From an uncultured Lachnospiraceae bacterium (GTDB lineage: Bacteria > Bacillota > Clostridia > Oscillospirales > CAG-272), in the NCBI GenBank assembly GCA_964653575.1, contig CAZZFP010000004.1, positions 1 through 61,993 on the forward strand: 61,993 bases of DNA, read 5' to 3'. Positions 23,587 to 33,923 of this stretch are shown one piece after another. The notes beneath the pieces were generated by a model, which had not been told where the DNA came from, did not search any database, and was given only the letters and a program-made list of their open reading frames with translations. Each line of letters starts with the position of its first letter. Within the stretch, counting starts at the first letter, position 1. The translations under genes and the position numbers were made by a program.

Positions 23587-24090
23587 ATGATAATACTTGG
23601 AATAGACCCCGGATACGCTATTGTGGGATGGGGGGTTCTCGATTACGACGGCTCACATTTTAAAACCATTGACTACGGTTCTATCACGACACCGGCGGGT
23701 ATGCCCGTCGAACATAGGCTTAAGATAATTTGGGACGAGCTTAACAGTATAATAGTAAAGTATACCCCCGATTGTATGGCGATAGAACAGCTGTTTTGGA
23801 ATACGAATCAAAAAACGGGTATAGTTGTTGCGGAAGCAAGAGGCGTAATCATCCTCAGCGCGGTGACGCACGGCGTGGAAATATTTGAATATACGCCGCT
23901 TCAGGTCAAGCAGTCTGTCGTGGGGTACGGTCGCGCCGAAAAAAAGCAAGTGATAACTATGACTACGATGATGCTCGGACTCAAAACTCCACCGAAGCCG
24001 GATGATACCGCAGACGCTTTGGCGATAGCTATCTGCCACGCGCACAGCTCGGGCTCGCGCCTGTCAAGAGCGATCCAAAACAATAAGTAA
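23587..24090 (+). CDS. ruvC: Crossover junction endodeoxyribonuclease RuvC
   Basis: ILGIDPG, AIE.LF, EYTPLQVK, GYGRA.K.QV, DD.ADALAIA. Confidence 0.98.
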   Translation: MIILGIDPGYAIVGWGVLDYDGSHFKTIDYGSITTPAGMPVEHRLKIIWDELNSIIVKYTPDCMAIEQLFWNTNQKTGIVVAEARGVIILSAVTHGVEIFEYTPLQVKQSVVGYGRAEKKQVITMTTMMLGLKTPPKPDDTADALAIAICHAHSSGSRLSRAIQNNK

Positions 24091-24132
24091 TAAAACTTAA
24101 AATCAAACAAGATACCGAAAGGATACATAGAT

Positions 24133-24996
24133 ATGTGGTTCAGCGAGAATTGGAAGGATTATGAGCTTCTTGATGCTTCTGACGGAGAAAGACTCGAGCG
24201 TTGGGGAGATTACATTCTCATACGTCCCGATCCTCAGATAATCTGGCACGGCGAGAAAAAGCATCAGGCTTGGAAAAAGGCAGATGCAATCTATCGACGC
24301 TCATCAAAGGGTGGCGGAGAGTGGATCAAAAACGATGTCCCGTCACAATGGAATATAGCGTATGGCGACCTTGAATTTACATTGAAGTCTATGGGCTTTA
24401 AACATACGGGTATATTTCCCGAGCAGGCGGTGAATTGGGATTGGTTTGGCTCCCTTATAAGGGATGCAGGCAGACCCATCAAAGTGCTGAACCTCTTTGC
24501 ATACACGGGCGGTGCAACGGTAGCCGCCGCTAAAGCGGGAGCTTCCGTTACGCACGTTGACGCATCCAAAGGAATGGTCGCTATGGCAAAGGAAAACGCC
24601 GCACTCAGCGGTCTGAAAGAAGCTCCTATAAGATATATAGTTGACGATTGCAGGAAATTTGTTGAGCGCGAAATAAGGCGCGGAAACAGGTATGACGGAA
24701 TAATTATGGATCCTCCCTCATACGGAAGAGGACCGTCTGGAGAGGTGTGGCAGCTTGAGGATTGCATAGACGATTTTGTAGCACTTGCATCAAAGGTGCT
24801 TTCAGATGATCCGCTCTTCTTCCTGATAAATTCGTACACGACGGGGCTCTCTGCCTCGACTATGAGGTATGTCTTGGATCTTCGACTCAGAGGATATCAC
24901 GGCAGGACAGAGGCGGACGAAATCGGTCTGCCCGTTACGCGTACGGGCGGAGTGCTTCCTTGCGGTGCGTCGGTAAGATGGACTGCGAAAAAATGA
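24133..24996 (+). CDS. Class I SAM-dependent methyltransferase (RlmI-like catalytic domain)
   Basis: FKHTGIFPEQ, LNLFAYTGG, DPPSYG. Confidence 0.85.
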   Translation: MWFSENWKDYELLDASDGERLERWGDYILIRPDPQIIWHGEKKHQAWKKADAIYRRSSKGGGEWIKNDVPSQWNIAYGDLEFTLKSMGFKHTGIFPEQAVNWDWFGSLIRDAGRPIKVLNLFAYTGGATVAAAKAGASVTHVDASKGMVAMAKENAALSGLKEAPIRYIVDDCRKFVEREIRRGNRYDGIIMDPPSYGRGPSGEVWQLEDCIDDFVALASKVLSDDPLFFLINSYTTGLSASTMRYVLDLRLRGYHGRTEADEIGLPVTRTGGVLPCGASVRWTAKK

Positions 24997-25037
24997 TAGT
25001 GAATTTTTACAACAAACGCAAAGGAAAAAGATAACGT

Positions 25038-25907
25038 ATGGATATGCCTTTCATAAAGACGGAAAACCTGTGCTTTTCCTATGACGAAGACGACGGAAGG
25101 CGCGTGAAGGTGCTTGAAAATGTCAGCGTTGAGATAGGAAAGGGAGAATATATATCTGTAATCGGTCACAACGGCTCCGGCAAATCTACATTTGCGCGAC
25201 TCTTAAATATGCTTCTTGAGCCCGATTCGGGAAAGATATATATAGACGGTGTCGATATAACGGACGAGAATTTCACTGAAGACGATATGTTTGAGGTCAG
25301 GCGAAAGATAGGTCTCGTTCAACAAAATCCCGATAATCAGATCGTGGCTACGATAGTTGAAGAGGATGTTGCGTTCGGACCCGAGAACCTCGGACTTCCT
25401 TCGGACGAGATACGCCGACGCGTAGATGAAGCACTCAAAACGGTCGGAATGACCGAATATGCGCGTCACGAGCCGCACAGACTTTCAGGGGGACAGAAGC
25501 AGCGCATAGCGATCGCGGGCGTTATCGCAATGATTCCCGAATGTATCATATTTGATGAGTCTACAGCTATGCTCGACCCCAAGGGCAGGCGAGATGTGCT
25601 TGATGCCATCGAAATGCTGAATAAAGAGCACGGTATTACGGTTATAACCATCACTCATTATATGAATGAGGCGGCACTTGCCGACAGGATCATAGTTTTG
25701 GACACTGCCGAGGTTGCCGCGATAGGAACGCCGGATGAGATCTTCAATAACGGGGAGCTTCTGGAACACTGCGGATTGGATGTGCCCCAGAGTACCGAGA
25801 TAGTTCTCGGACTTCGTAAGCTCGGCTACAAAGCTAACGGAAATATCGCAAAGCTTGAGTCTTGTGCCGAAACGATAGAGAAGCTGCTTTCCGGCGTAAA
25901 AAAATAA
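25038..25907 (+). CDS. ecfA1: ECF transporter ATPase A1
   Basis: [32 protein letters not shown]. Confidence 0.92.
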   Translation: MDMPFIKTENLCFSYDEDDGRRVKVLENVSVEIGKGEYISVIGHNGSGKSTFARLLNMLLEPDSGKIYIDGVDITDENFTEDDMFEVRRKIGLVQQNPDNQIVATIVEEDVAFGPENLGLPSDEIRRRVDEALKTVGMTEYARHEPHRLSGGQKQRIAIAGVIAMIPECIIFDESTAMLDPKGRRDVLDAIEMLNKEHGITVITITHYMNEAALADRIIVLDTAEVAAIGTPDEIFNNGELLEHCGLDVPQSTEIVLGLRKLGYKANGNIAKLESCAETIEKLLSGVKK

Positions 25908-25932
25908 ATTTGTTCAATTGGAAGAAATACGA

Positions 25933-26820
25933 ATGTCAGATAAACAAACCAAACTAAGACTTGACGGTGTGTCATATACGTACGGCAAAGGTACGCCTTA
26001 CGAAATGTGCGCACTTGATAACGTAAGTATCGATATAAGCTCCGATACCGTTACCGGAATAATCGGACACACGGGTTCGGGAAAATCGACTTTTGTTCAG
26101 TTGTTGAACGGACTTATAAGACCTATGTCGGGCAAAGTTCTGCTCGATGGCAGGGACATCTGGGAAAAGCCTAAGGAGATAACCGCGGTAAGATACAAGG
26201 TCGGTCTTGTTATGCAGTATCCGGAGTACCAGCTTTTTGAGGAAACGGTTGGCGAGGATATAGCTTTCGGTCCCAAAAATATCGGACTCAGTACCGAGGA
26301 GATTGCGGAACGCGTAAAAGAAGCGGCGAGATTTGCCGGAGTGGATGAAGAGATAATGCAAAAATCCCCGTTTGAACTTTCAGGCGGGCAAAAGCGGAGA
26401 GTAGCTATTGCCGGTATTATGGCGATGCGCCCCGAGGTTCTTGTGCTCGATGAGCCTGCCGCGGGACTCGATCCGATAGGAAGAAAGCAGATACTCGGAG
26501 GACTTGTCGATTATCAGAGAAGGAATCATTGTTCTGTCATAATAGTAAGCCACAGTATGGAGGATATGGCTATGTATTGTGACGACATCATAGTAATGGC
26601 AAGCTCGAAGGTCATTATGCACGGTACGGCGGACGAGATATTTTCACACGAAGACGATATTATCGCGGCAGGGCTTGATGTTCCCGAGGTCACAAGGCTT
26701 ATGAGACAGATAAGAGACGACGGCTACGCTGTCCCTTACGGTATATACACTGTCGAAAAGGCGATAGCCACGCTTAATGCCTTGCTGAAGGAAAATAACG
26801 CTTCAGCGTCAACTATTTAA
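25933..26820 (+). CDS. ecfA2: ECF transporter ATPase A2
   Basis: GTPYE, GHTGSGKST, QYPEYQLFEE, SPFELSGGQKRR. Confidence 0.92.
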   Translation: MSDKQTKLRLDGVSYTYGKGTPYEMCALDNVSIDISSDTVTGIIGHTGSGKSTFVQLLNGLIRPMSGKVLLDGRDIWEKPKEITAVRYKVGLVMQYPEYQLFEETVGEDIAFGPKNIGLSTEEIAERVKEAARFAGVDEEIMQKSPFELSGGQKRRVAIAGIMAMRPEVLVLDEPAAGLDPIGRKQILGGLVDYQRRNHCSVIIVSHSMEDMAMYCDDIIVMASSKVIMHGTADEIFSHEDDIIAAGLDVPEVTRLMRQIRDDGYAVPYGIYTVEKAIATLNALLKENNASASTI

Positions 26821-26854
26821 TTTCACTAACGAAAAAGGAAGTTTTTCAACAGAA

Positions 26855-27682
26855 ATGAGATCTATTACACTCGGACAGTATTATCCGGCAAGATCGCTCA
26901 TACATTCTCTTGATCCGAGAACCAAGGTGATACTTGCAATATTATATATAGTGTGCTCCTTTGTCTGCAAGAGCGTAGCCTCCTTTGGTCTGCTTCTTGT
27001 ATCGGCAATAGTTATCGTTATCGCAAGCCGTATTCCTTTAAAAACGGTTTTGAGCGCAGTTAAGCCGATCCTGTTTATTATGATTTTTACGGCGGCAATA
27101 AATGTTTTTCTTCTCAAAGGGGATCCCGATGAGCTTCTGTTTAGCTGGAAATTCATAAACATATACAAGAGCGGCGTCTTTAACGCTATATTTATGGTGC
27201 TCAGAATAGTTACGCTCATAATAGGCACAAGTATGTTTTTAACATATACCACGACACCGATAATGCTGACGGATGCCATCGAGCGATTGCTTTATCCGCT
27301 CCATAAGCTGTTTAAACTCAAGGTACACGAATTTGCTATGATGATGACGATCGCGCTGAGATTTATACCGACCTTCATTGATGAGACGGACAAAATAATG
27401 GCGGCTCAGCGATCGAGAGGCGCCGATTTCAACAGCGGAAGCATATTTCGCAGAGCAAAGTCGCTCGTACCGATACTTATACCGTTGTTTATCTCGGCAT
27501 ATCATAAGGCTATCGATCTTGCGACCGCTATGGAATGTCGATGCTATCGCGGAGGAGATGGCAGGACGCGAATGAACGTACTGAAATACAGCTTCAAGGA
27601 TTTTGCAGTCATCGTATTTGCGATCGCCTTGCTCGCGGCACTTATTTGTCTTAATTCTATTACATTTATCTACGTTATGTAA
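26855..27682 (+). CDS. ecfT: ECF transporter transmembrane subunit T
   Basis: LGQY, LDPRTK, IALRFIP, AQRSRG, AMECRCY. Confidence 0.93.
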   Translation: MRSITLGQYYPARSLIHSLDPRTKVILAILYIVCSFVCKSVASFGLLLVSAIVIVIASRIPLKTVLSAVKPILFIMIFTAAINVFLLKGDPDELLFSWKFINIYKSGVFNAIFMVLRIVTLIIGTSMFLTYTTTPIMLTDAIERLLYPLHKLFKLKVHEFAMMMTIALRFIPTFIDETDKIMAAQRSRGADFNSGSIFRRAKSLVPILIPLFISAYHKAIDLATAMECRCYRGGDGRTRMNVLKYSFKDFAVIVFAIALLAALICLNSITFIYVM

Positions 27683-27707
27683 TGCTGTTGAAAGGGGGCA
27701 TATCCGT

Positions 27708-28499
27708 ATGAAGCTGTTGCTTAGGATCAGCTATCTCGGAAGCGGTTACTGCGGCTGGCAGATCCAACCCGATCGACCTACGGTGCAGGGGGAGATATGC
27801 CGCGCGTCAAAAATTCTTTTCGGAGCAGAATGTGACGTCACGGGGTGTAGCAGAACGGATAGCGGCGTCCACGCAAACGAATTTTGCGCAACCGTCGCGG
27901 AGCACGGAAAGAACAGTCTCGATACTGACATATCGACCGAAAGGATCACGCGCGCTATGTGCGCGCTCCTGCCGTCTGATATTTCTGTGTATGATGCGGC
28001 TTTTGTCCCTGATACATTTCATCCGAGATACGACGTCGTAAAAAAAGAGTATATATACAGGATCTATACAAGACCCGAACCGTCTCCGTTCGAGCTTGGA
28101 CGCTCGTTACATTGTCCTTTTATAAGAAACAGTGAGTCGTTACGACGTATGCAATTTGCGGCAAAGAACTTTGTCGGTACGCACGATTTTTCGGCATTTA
28201 TGGCTCAGGGGTCAAAAATAGTAGATGCGCACAGAACGGTATTTGAAGCCTCGGTCGATACGGATCTTTCTGACAATAACGTCGTGATATTTAAGGTCTC
28301 CGCGAACGGCTTTCTCTACAATATGGTCAGGATAATGGCGGGGACGCTTATTTCTGTCGGGCGCGGAAAGCTTGACCCGTCGGATATAGAGAGTATAATA
28401 AGATCAAAGGATCGCTCAAATGCGGGTGAGACTGTACCTCCGCATGGATTGTATCTTAACCGAGTAATATATTCGGAGGATTATTTCGCGAAAAGCTAA
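27708..28499 (+). CDS. truA: tRNA pseudouridine(38-40) synthase
   Basis: GWQIQ, GCSRTDSGVHA, GTHDFSAF, GFLYNMVR; ATG at 27708. Confidence 0.96.
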   Translation: MKLLLRISYLGSGYCGWQIQPDRPTVQGEICRASKILFGAECDVTGCSRTDSGVHANEFCATVAEHGKNSLDTDISTERITRAMCALLPSDISVYDAAFVPDTFHPRYDVVKKEYIYRIYTRPEPSPFELGRSLHCPFIRNSESLRRMQFAAKNFVGTHDFSAFMAQGSKIVDAHRTVFEASVDTDLSDNNVVIFKVSANGFLYNMVRIMAGTLISVGRGKLDPSDIESIIRSKDRSNAGETVPPHGLYLNRVIYSEDYFAKS

Positions 28500-28546
28500 A
28501 TCCGCGATTGATTTTTGCATATTCACGATTGAAAGGAGATGTCGCC

Positions 28547-29779
28547 ATGAACAGTGAGAGCAGTAATAAGGTTGCATCCTTGTATACTTTATTTGCCATT
28601 ATATTTATACTTGTCACATTGATCTACGTCGGTGTGACCTTGCTGACGGATACGGAGCTTATCAGTTATGAAAATCTCTACTATATGATGAATGATTTTA
28701 ACATTACCGCTATCTCGATGGGCAAGGATTATTCGTCACTTTCATACGACAACGGAGAGGGGCAGACCTTCGGTTCGTATCGCGGAGGAGTTGTAGTCCT
28801 TAACTCGAATACTCTTACAGTGTTTTCATCGAAAGGCAAGCGCACCTTGTACAAAAGAAACAATTTTTCTGATCCTGTGTTGCGCATATCGGACGAATAT
28901 GTGACCGTGTTTGAGCTTAACGGAAAAGGAATCAGCGTATACAATTCATTTTCGCTGGTATATACGGAGAACGATCTCGAGGGAATTAACAAACTGACGT
29001 CATACTCGATAATCAATGTAGGCGTGGCGGATAACGGAATGTTCGCGGTTGCCGTAAGTCTCGGTCAAGATGATGCAAGAGTGTATCTTTACGATAAAGG
29101 CGGAGAGCTTTGCGCGGATTACAGATACAGCGATATGATCGTTTCCGTGGCTCTTTCACACGACGGGAAGCTTATCTCGATACTCAGCCTCTTGGCTAAG
29201 CCCGTAAATACCAAGCTCGTGTTTTCGACAGTAGTCTATCCGACGGATTCAACGGAGCCTGTTTGGAAATACGAAAGAGAGGATACAGTTGCGCTCGCAC
29301 AAAGCTTTACCTACGACGGAATACTGATTACCGCATATTCCGATGCAGTATGTGTATATAATAGTACGGAAAATGTATCTGCCGAATACGCAACGCCGTC
29401 GAATACCGTGCTCATCTATTGCAAAGCCGATAAAAACGGTTGCGTTATGATGTACAGATCCGATGAAAAGAGCAGTAATGAGACAACCGTCGCTGTGATC
29501 GATGCAAAAGGAAAACGTGCATACAGCGTTTCTTCGGAGACGAACGGAAAGATATACGCGTCTTATCATCTGATTGGCGGAATACTCTACTGCATTGACG
29601 ATCAATACGTAGATGCGGTGGATGTCGAATACGGATATTCCGACAGGATAGACTGCGGGATGGATCTTGATAATGCAAATATTGTTGCCGTACAGACGAG
29701 AGAGGGCAAGGATGCAAGCTTTGCGGTTTGCTTCGGCGCTGACGGAAAAATATTTGATGTTTCCTTCCAACATAGATAA
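28547..29779 (+). CDS. Membrane-anchored beta-propeller-like protein (DUF5711-like)
   Basis: N-terminal TM followed by repeated beta-strand segments; upstream of a CvpA-like gene; RBS AAAGGAG. Confidence 0.55.
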   Translation: MNSESSNKVASLYTLFAIIFILVTLIYVGVTLLTDTELISYENLYYMMNDFNITAISMGKDYSSLSYDNGEGQTFGSYRGGVVVLNSNTLTVFSSKGKRTLYKRNNFSDPVLRISDEYVTVFELNGKGISVYNSFSLVYTENDLEGINKLTSYSIINVGVADNGMFAVAVSLGQDDARVYLYDKGGELCADYRYSDMIVSVALSHDGKLISILSLLAKPVNTKLVFSTVVYPTDSTEPVWKYEREDTVALAQSFTYDGILITAYSDAVCVYNSTENVSAEYATPSNTVLIYCKADKNGCVMMYRSDEKSSNETTVAVIDAKGKRAYSVSSETNGKIYASYHLIGGILYCIDDQYVDAVDVEYGYSDRIDCGMDLDNANIVAVQTREGKDASFAVCFGADGKIFDVSFQHR

Positions 29780-29809
29780 TAATGTAATTTAAATAAGGGG
29801 AAATTTTTT

Positions 29810-30538
29810 ATGGCAAGTGTTTTGAATTACGCACCTATCGTCATATTGTTATTCTTCATTGTCGTTTTTGCCGCCCGCGGCTTTTTAAAATCGTTAATGA
29901 GCTTCGGAAAGACGTTGATATCTTTTATAATCGCCGCGCTTTTTGGACCCTCAGTGTCGGCACTCCTTGCAGATAAGGTTTTCGGTAAAAGTATAACGGG
30001 CTTTGTTTACGATAAGCTCAGCTCGTTTTACGGATCAGCTAACGAGGCGATAGATCTTTCCGAGTTCTTCGAAAAGCTCGATACGGATCTTGCATGGGTC
30101 AAGAATTTCGGCGTTGACGTTGCGGCATTGGAAGAGAAGTACGGTACTTTGACGGGTGCATCATCCGAGGATCTTTATGCGCTTTCCGAGACGATAGCCT
30201 CGCCGGTTGTCAATGGCGTGTCGAGCGTAGTGGCATATGTAGGACTTTTTATGGTTTCATTCGTGCTTTGCATCGTTCTGACCTTCGTGCTTTCCGGTAT
30301 CTCGGATATTATCGAGAAGATACCCGTTGCGGGAAAGCTTAATCATTGGCTCGGATTTTTCTTCGGCATTGCCACGGGTATTATGGTTGTCGTCATAGCG
30401 GTGTTCGTTGTTGACGGAATTATGCAGTTCGTTTCTGCGATGAAGGAATCATTTGATTACGAGTCTTTGCTTGAAGAAGCCAAGATATTTAAATTTATAA
30501 GGGATCTTAACCTTGTTCAATATCTGAAGCGCGTTTAA
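29810..30538 (+). CDS. CvpA family membrane protein
   Basis: RGFLKS near the N-terminus, KIP..GKLN..LG...G..G; hydrophobic. Confidence 0.7.
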   Translation: MASVLNYAPIVILLFFIVVFAARGFLKSLMSFGKTLISFIIAALFGPSVSALLADKVFGKSITGFVYDKLSSFYGSANEAIDLSEFFEKLDTDLAWVKNFGVDVAALEEKYGTLTGASSEDLYALSETIASPVVNGVSSVVAYVGLFMVSFVLCIVLTFVLSGISDIIEKIPVAGKLNHWLGFFFGIATGIMVVVIAVFVVDGIMQFVSAMKESFDYESLLEEAKIFKFIRDLNLVQYLKRV

Positions 30539-30549
30539 ATGGTAAATGC

Positions 30550-30579
30550 GAATACTCATACTGCTTTCGGGTCATAATA
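30550..30579 (+). promoter_or_regulatory. Putative forespore sigmaG/sigmaF-type promoter
   Basis: GAATA-N18-CATAATA (preceded by GGGT) fits the B. subtilis sigG-type GNATA-N17/18-CATANTA pattern. Confidence 0.4.
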
Positions 30580-30610
30580 AATCATAGTTTATTATAGGCT
30601 GGAGCAGAAA

Positions 30611-31186
30611 ATGAAAATGATCAGGAATATTCCAAATATACTTTCTTTTTGCAGGGTACCGCTCGCTTTCGCATTCATTTTTGCGTTTTTCGGCGGTGAC
30701 CGTACAGCGTCGCTGATCGTTCTGCTTCTATCGGTTTTTACGGATGTAGCCGACGGCGGTGTTGCCAGAATGTTTGATCTTGTCTCGGATATGGGCAAGC
30801 TGCTTGATCCGAGCGCGGACAAATTTATGCAGAGTACGGTGCTGTCGTGTCTGTGCGTCGGAGGACTTTTGCCTGTGTGGCTGACGGCGATCTGCATCGC
30901 TAAAGAAGTAATTATGGTGAGCGCGAGCCTTGCGCTTCTCGGGAAAAAACGCGAGGTCGTATCAAGCAATTTCTTCGGAAAAGCGGCAACGGTAATGTTT
31001 TATTGTATCGTGACAGCCGTGCTTCTTGTACCGGACCTGATGTATTTAAATGTTCGACTATATCTTTCAATGTGTCTTGCGATCGCGGCTTCTTCGGTGG
31101 GAGCGGCTGTTATGTATTACGTACACTATCGCAAGGAACTTTTAGATATCGTATCAAGTAAAAGCCGAGGATCGCAGTATGATTGA
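30611..31186 (+). CDS. CDP-alcohol phosphatidyltransferase (PgsA-like)
   Basis: NIPNILS..R, TD.ADG..AR....VS..GK.LDP.ADK signature. Confidence 0.9.
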   Translation: MKMIRNIPNILSFCRVPLAFAFIFAFFGGDRTASLIVLLLSVFTDVADGGVARMFDLVSDMGKLLDPSADKFMQSTVLSCLCVGGLLPVWLTAICIAKEVIMVSASLALLGKKREVVSSNFFGKAATVMFYCIVTAVLLVPDLMYLNVRLYLSMCLAIAASSVGAAVMYYVHYRKELLDIVSSKSRGSQYD

Positions 31187-31255
31187 TACTATCGAAATAT
31201 TCGAAGGCTCGGCCGTTCGTCGGGACCTTGCCAAATAAGTAAAGGAGAAAAAACA

Positions 31256-33307
31256 GTGCTTGTGGAATACAGCAAAGATGCCAAAAAAAGCAAAATATAT
31301 ATGACGAGCTCGAGCGAGAGCGACTCGAAAGACAACTACTATGAGGACAAAAGTGCAAATAAAGATTTTAAGCAGTCCGAATCTCTGAAAAAATATTGTA
31401 TCTCGCTTACGGATAAAGTGCGATCCGGTTTGAGTGACGCCGTTATCGGCAGAGAACGAGAGATCGACAGGATGATACAAATACTGTGCCGACGTCAAAA
31501 GAATAATCCTTGCCTTATCGGTGAGCCCGGCGTCGGCAAGACCGCCGTCGCTGAGGCACTTGCCGAAAGAATAGTTATGGGGAACGTACCGACAAAGCTC
31601 GCGGGGAAGGAGATCTATCTTCTTGATATGGCGGGACTTGTGGCGGGAACTCAGTTTAGAGGACAGTTTGAGGACAGAATAAAGACCCTGATCCACGACG
31701 TCAAAGAAAACGGTAACATCATACTTCTTATCGATGAGATACACAGTATAGTGGGCGCGGGAGATGCTGACGGAAGTCTTGACGCGGCGACTATTCTGAA
31801 GCCTGCATTGGCGCGCGGAGAGATACAGATAATAGGAACGACTACGCTTAAAGATTATCGCAAATACATAGAAAAGGACTCTGCGCTTGAAAGACGTTTT
31901 CAGCCTGTTATGGTCGAGGAACCTTCAAAGCGCGATGCCGTTGAGATAATTTGCGGTATAAAAAAATATTATGAAGCTTATCACGGCGTCAGAATATCGG
32001 ACGAGATCGTTGAATGTGCGGTTGATCTTTCCGAACGCTACATTAATGAACGTTTTCTTCCCGATAAAGCGATCGACCTGATAGACGAAGCCGCGGCGCA
32101 CGTTTCTATACGCAACCCCGTACTTTTGGGGAAGAACGAGATTAACTCGGCACTTCAACTACTCGAAAGCGAGAGGGAAAAGTATGAGAATTTTGCATCC
32201 CTCGGATCTGACAATGACAAAAAATGCTACGACAGAATAGCTGCGATAAAAACGCGGGAAGCAAATCTTTCGCAAAGGCTCAATGAGCTTGAGCTTGAGT
32301 CGGACGAAATTGCCGTTACCGAAGACGACCTTGCAGAGGTGGTCGAGATATGGACGGGAATCCCCGCAAAGAATATTTCCAAGAGTGAATTTGAGCGTAT
32401 AGCGGGACTTGAGAGCCGGCTTTCCTCACGTATCATAGGGCAGGAGAACGCGGTCAAAGAGGTGACTAAGGCGATAAAGCGAGGAAGAGCCAGGGTCTCG
32501 GCGAAGAGAAAACCGGTATCCTTTATCTTCGCGGGACCGACAGGCGTCGGAAAAACAGAGCTGGTTAAAACTCTTGCGTCGGATCTTTTTGACACTCCGG
32601 ATGCACTTATAAGAGTGGATATGTCGGAATATATGGAGAAATTTGCGGTATCGAGAATAATAGGAGCTCCTCCCGGATACGTGGGTCACGAGGATTCCGG
32701 ACAGCTCACCGAGAAAATACGCCGCCGTCCGTATTCCGTCGTGTTGTTCGATGAGATCGAAAAGGCTCATCCGGACGTTATGAATGTGCTTTTGCAGATA
32801 CTTGACGACGGAAGAATTACGGATTCCACGGGAATTACGGTAAACTTTGAAAATACTATAATAGTTATGACCACAAACGCGGGCTCTTCCGATAAGGTCG
32901 CTTCAAGCGTGGGATTTTCGGGCAGCGCGGATCAAAATTCCGAGGCAAAGACGAGAAAGGCTCTTGAGCAGTTTTTGCGTCCGGAGTTTATAAACCGCGT
33001 CGATGAGATAATAGTCTTTAATTCATTAACCAAGGACGATTTTATAAACATAGCAAAGCTTATGCTGTCGGATCTCGAAAAGGTGCTTAAGGAAAAAGGT
33101 ATCACCTTCCTTTACAGCTACGAAGCGGTGGAACACATTGCAAGCGAATCATATTCGCCCGTTTACGGCGCACGAAATATGAGAAGATATATACAGAAGT
33201 ATGTCGAGGATGAGCTTGCAGAGGCGATAATATCGGATTATAGGCACAACTTTACATCCGCGCATCTTATTCTTGAAAACGGTAAACTTCACGTCGAATG
33301 TAATTGA
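31256..33307 (+). CDS. ATP-dependent Clp protease ATPase subunit (two AAA+ modules, no N-terminal repeat domain)
   Basis: KNNPCLIGEPGVGKT, IDEIH, RFLPDKAIDL, GPTGVGKTE, DMSEYME, GAPPGYVG, VGF loop. Confidence 0.92.
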   Translation: MLVEYSKDAKKSKIYMTSSSESDSKDNYYEDKSANKDFKQSESLKKYCISLTDKVRSGLSDAVIGREREIDRMIQILCRRQKNNPCLIGEPGVGKTAVAEALAERIVMGNVPTKLAGKEIYLLDMAGLVAGTQFRGQFEDRIKTLIHDVKENGNIILLIDEIHSIVGAGDADGSLDAATILKPALARGEIQIIGTTTLKDYRKYIEKDSALERRFQPVMVEEPSKRDAVEIICGIKKYYEAYHGVRISDEIVECAVDLSERYINERFLPDKAIDLIDEAAAHVSIRNPVLLGKNEINSALQLLESEREKYENFASLGSDNDKKCYDRIAAIKTREANLSQRLNELELESDEIAVTEDDLAEVVEIWTGIPAKNISKSEFERIAGLESRLSSRIIGQENAVKEVTKAIKRGRARVSAKRKPVSFIFAGPTGVGKTELVKTLASDLFDTPDALIRVDMSEYMEKFAVSRIIGAPPGYVGHEDSGQLTEKIRRRPYSVVLFDEIEKAHPDVMNVLLQILDDGRITDSTGITVNFENTIIVMTTNAGSSDKVASSVGFSGSADQNSEAKTRKALEQFLRPEFINRVDEIIVFNSLTKDDFINIAKLMLSDLEKVLKEKGITFLYSYEAVEHIASESYSPVYGARNMRRYIQKYVEDELAEAIISDYRHNFTSAHLILENGKLHVECN

Positions 33308-33399
33308 TCGGCTGAGATATAGAGTATAATTGAATAAATCCTTCGAAAATGTCATATTTTTAAGTGTATTTTAATCTATGATATTTTCGGAGGTTTTTT

Positions 33400-33690
33400 A
33401 TGGAGAAAATAACTTTTAGCGAACTTTGCGGTATGGATGTTATCAACCTGTGTGATGGACAAAAGCTCGGACATATCTGTGACCTTGAGATCGGAATCGA
33501 AGATTATTGCCTTTGCTCGCTTATAATTCCACACGATAACGGGTCGCTGAATCCGTTCTGTAAAAAAGAATACTATATCATCCCGGTCTGCCGTATCGAG
33601 TGTATAGGCAATGATGCGGTGCTTATTAAGATTCCACCCGCCGAGCTTTTATGTTGCGAGCTTTGCAAGCGTAATAAACGCAAGAAGTGA
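33400..33690 (+). CDS. ylmC: YlmC/YmxH family sporulation protein (PRC barrel)
   Basis: SEL...DVIN..DG.KLG.I.DLEI, IP...I..IG.D.VLI. Confidence 0.85.
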   Translation: MEKITFSELCGMDVINLCDGQKLGHICDLEIGIEDYCLCSLIIPHDNGSLNPFCKKEYYIIPVCRIECIGNDAVLIKIPPAELLCCELCKRNKRKK

Positions 33691-33744
33691 CACAATGAAT
33701 TATTGAATAAAAGTAAATATTTTGAAAAAATATTTATATAGGTA

Positions 33745-33915
33745 TTGAATATACGATATAAATATGGTACAATACGCAAGGTTGTGCTCCGAAATCGCAA
33801 CCAAAATAGTCACATATGCCCGTTCGCAGATCGGTGTCGTAAGTTTTCGCATTAAAAGCGGATAAATTCGATTGTCTGTGTTTAAAGCATATGGATGAAA
33901 AACCGGTAAAGGAGG
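33745..33915 (+). promoter_or_regulatory. rpsB promoter and long 5' leader (probable S2 autoregulatory leader)
   Basis: TTGAAT-N17-TACAAT at 33745-33773, then ~140 nt of leader before AAAGGAGG. Leader function is inferred from position only. Confidence 0.5.
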
Positions 33916-33923
33916 ACATAATA

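Noticed and set aside
31179-31238. 19-codon ORF MIDTIEIFEGSAVRRDLAK between pgsA and clp, considered as a leader peptide or frameshifted Clp N-terminus
   Set aside because: It is too short to support, does not resemble Clp N-domains, and clp has its own RBS.
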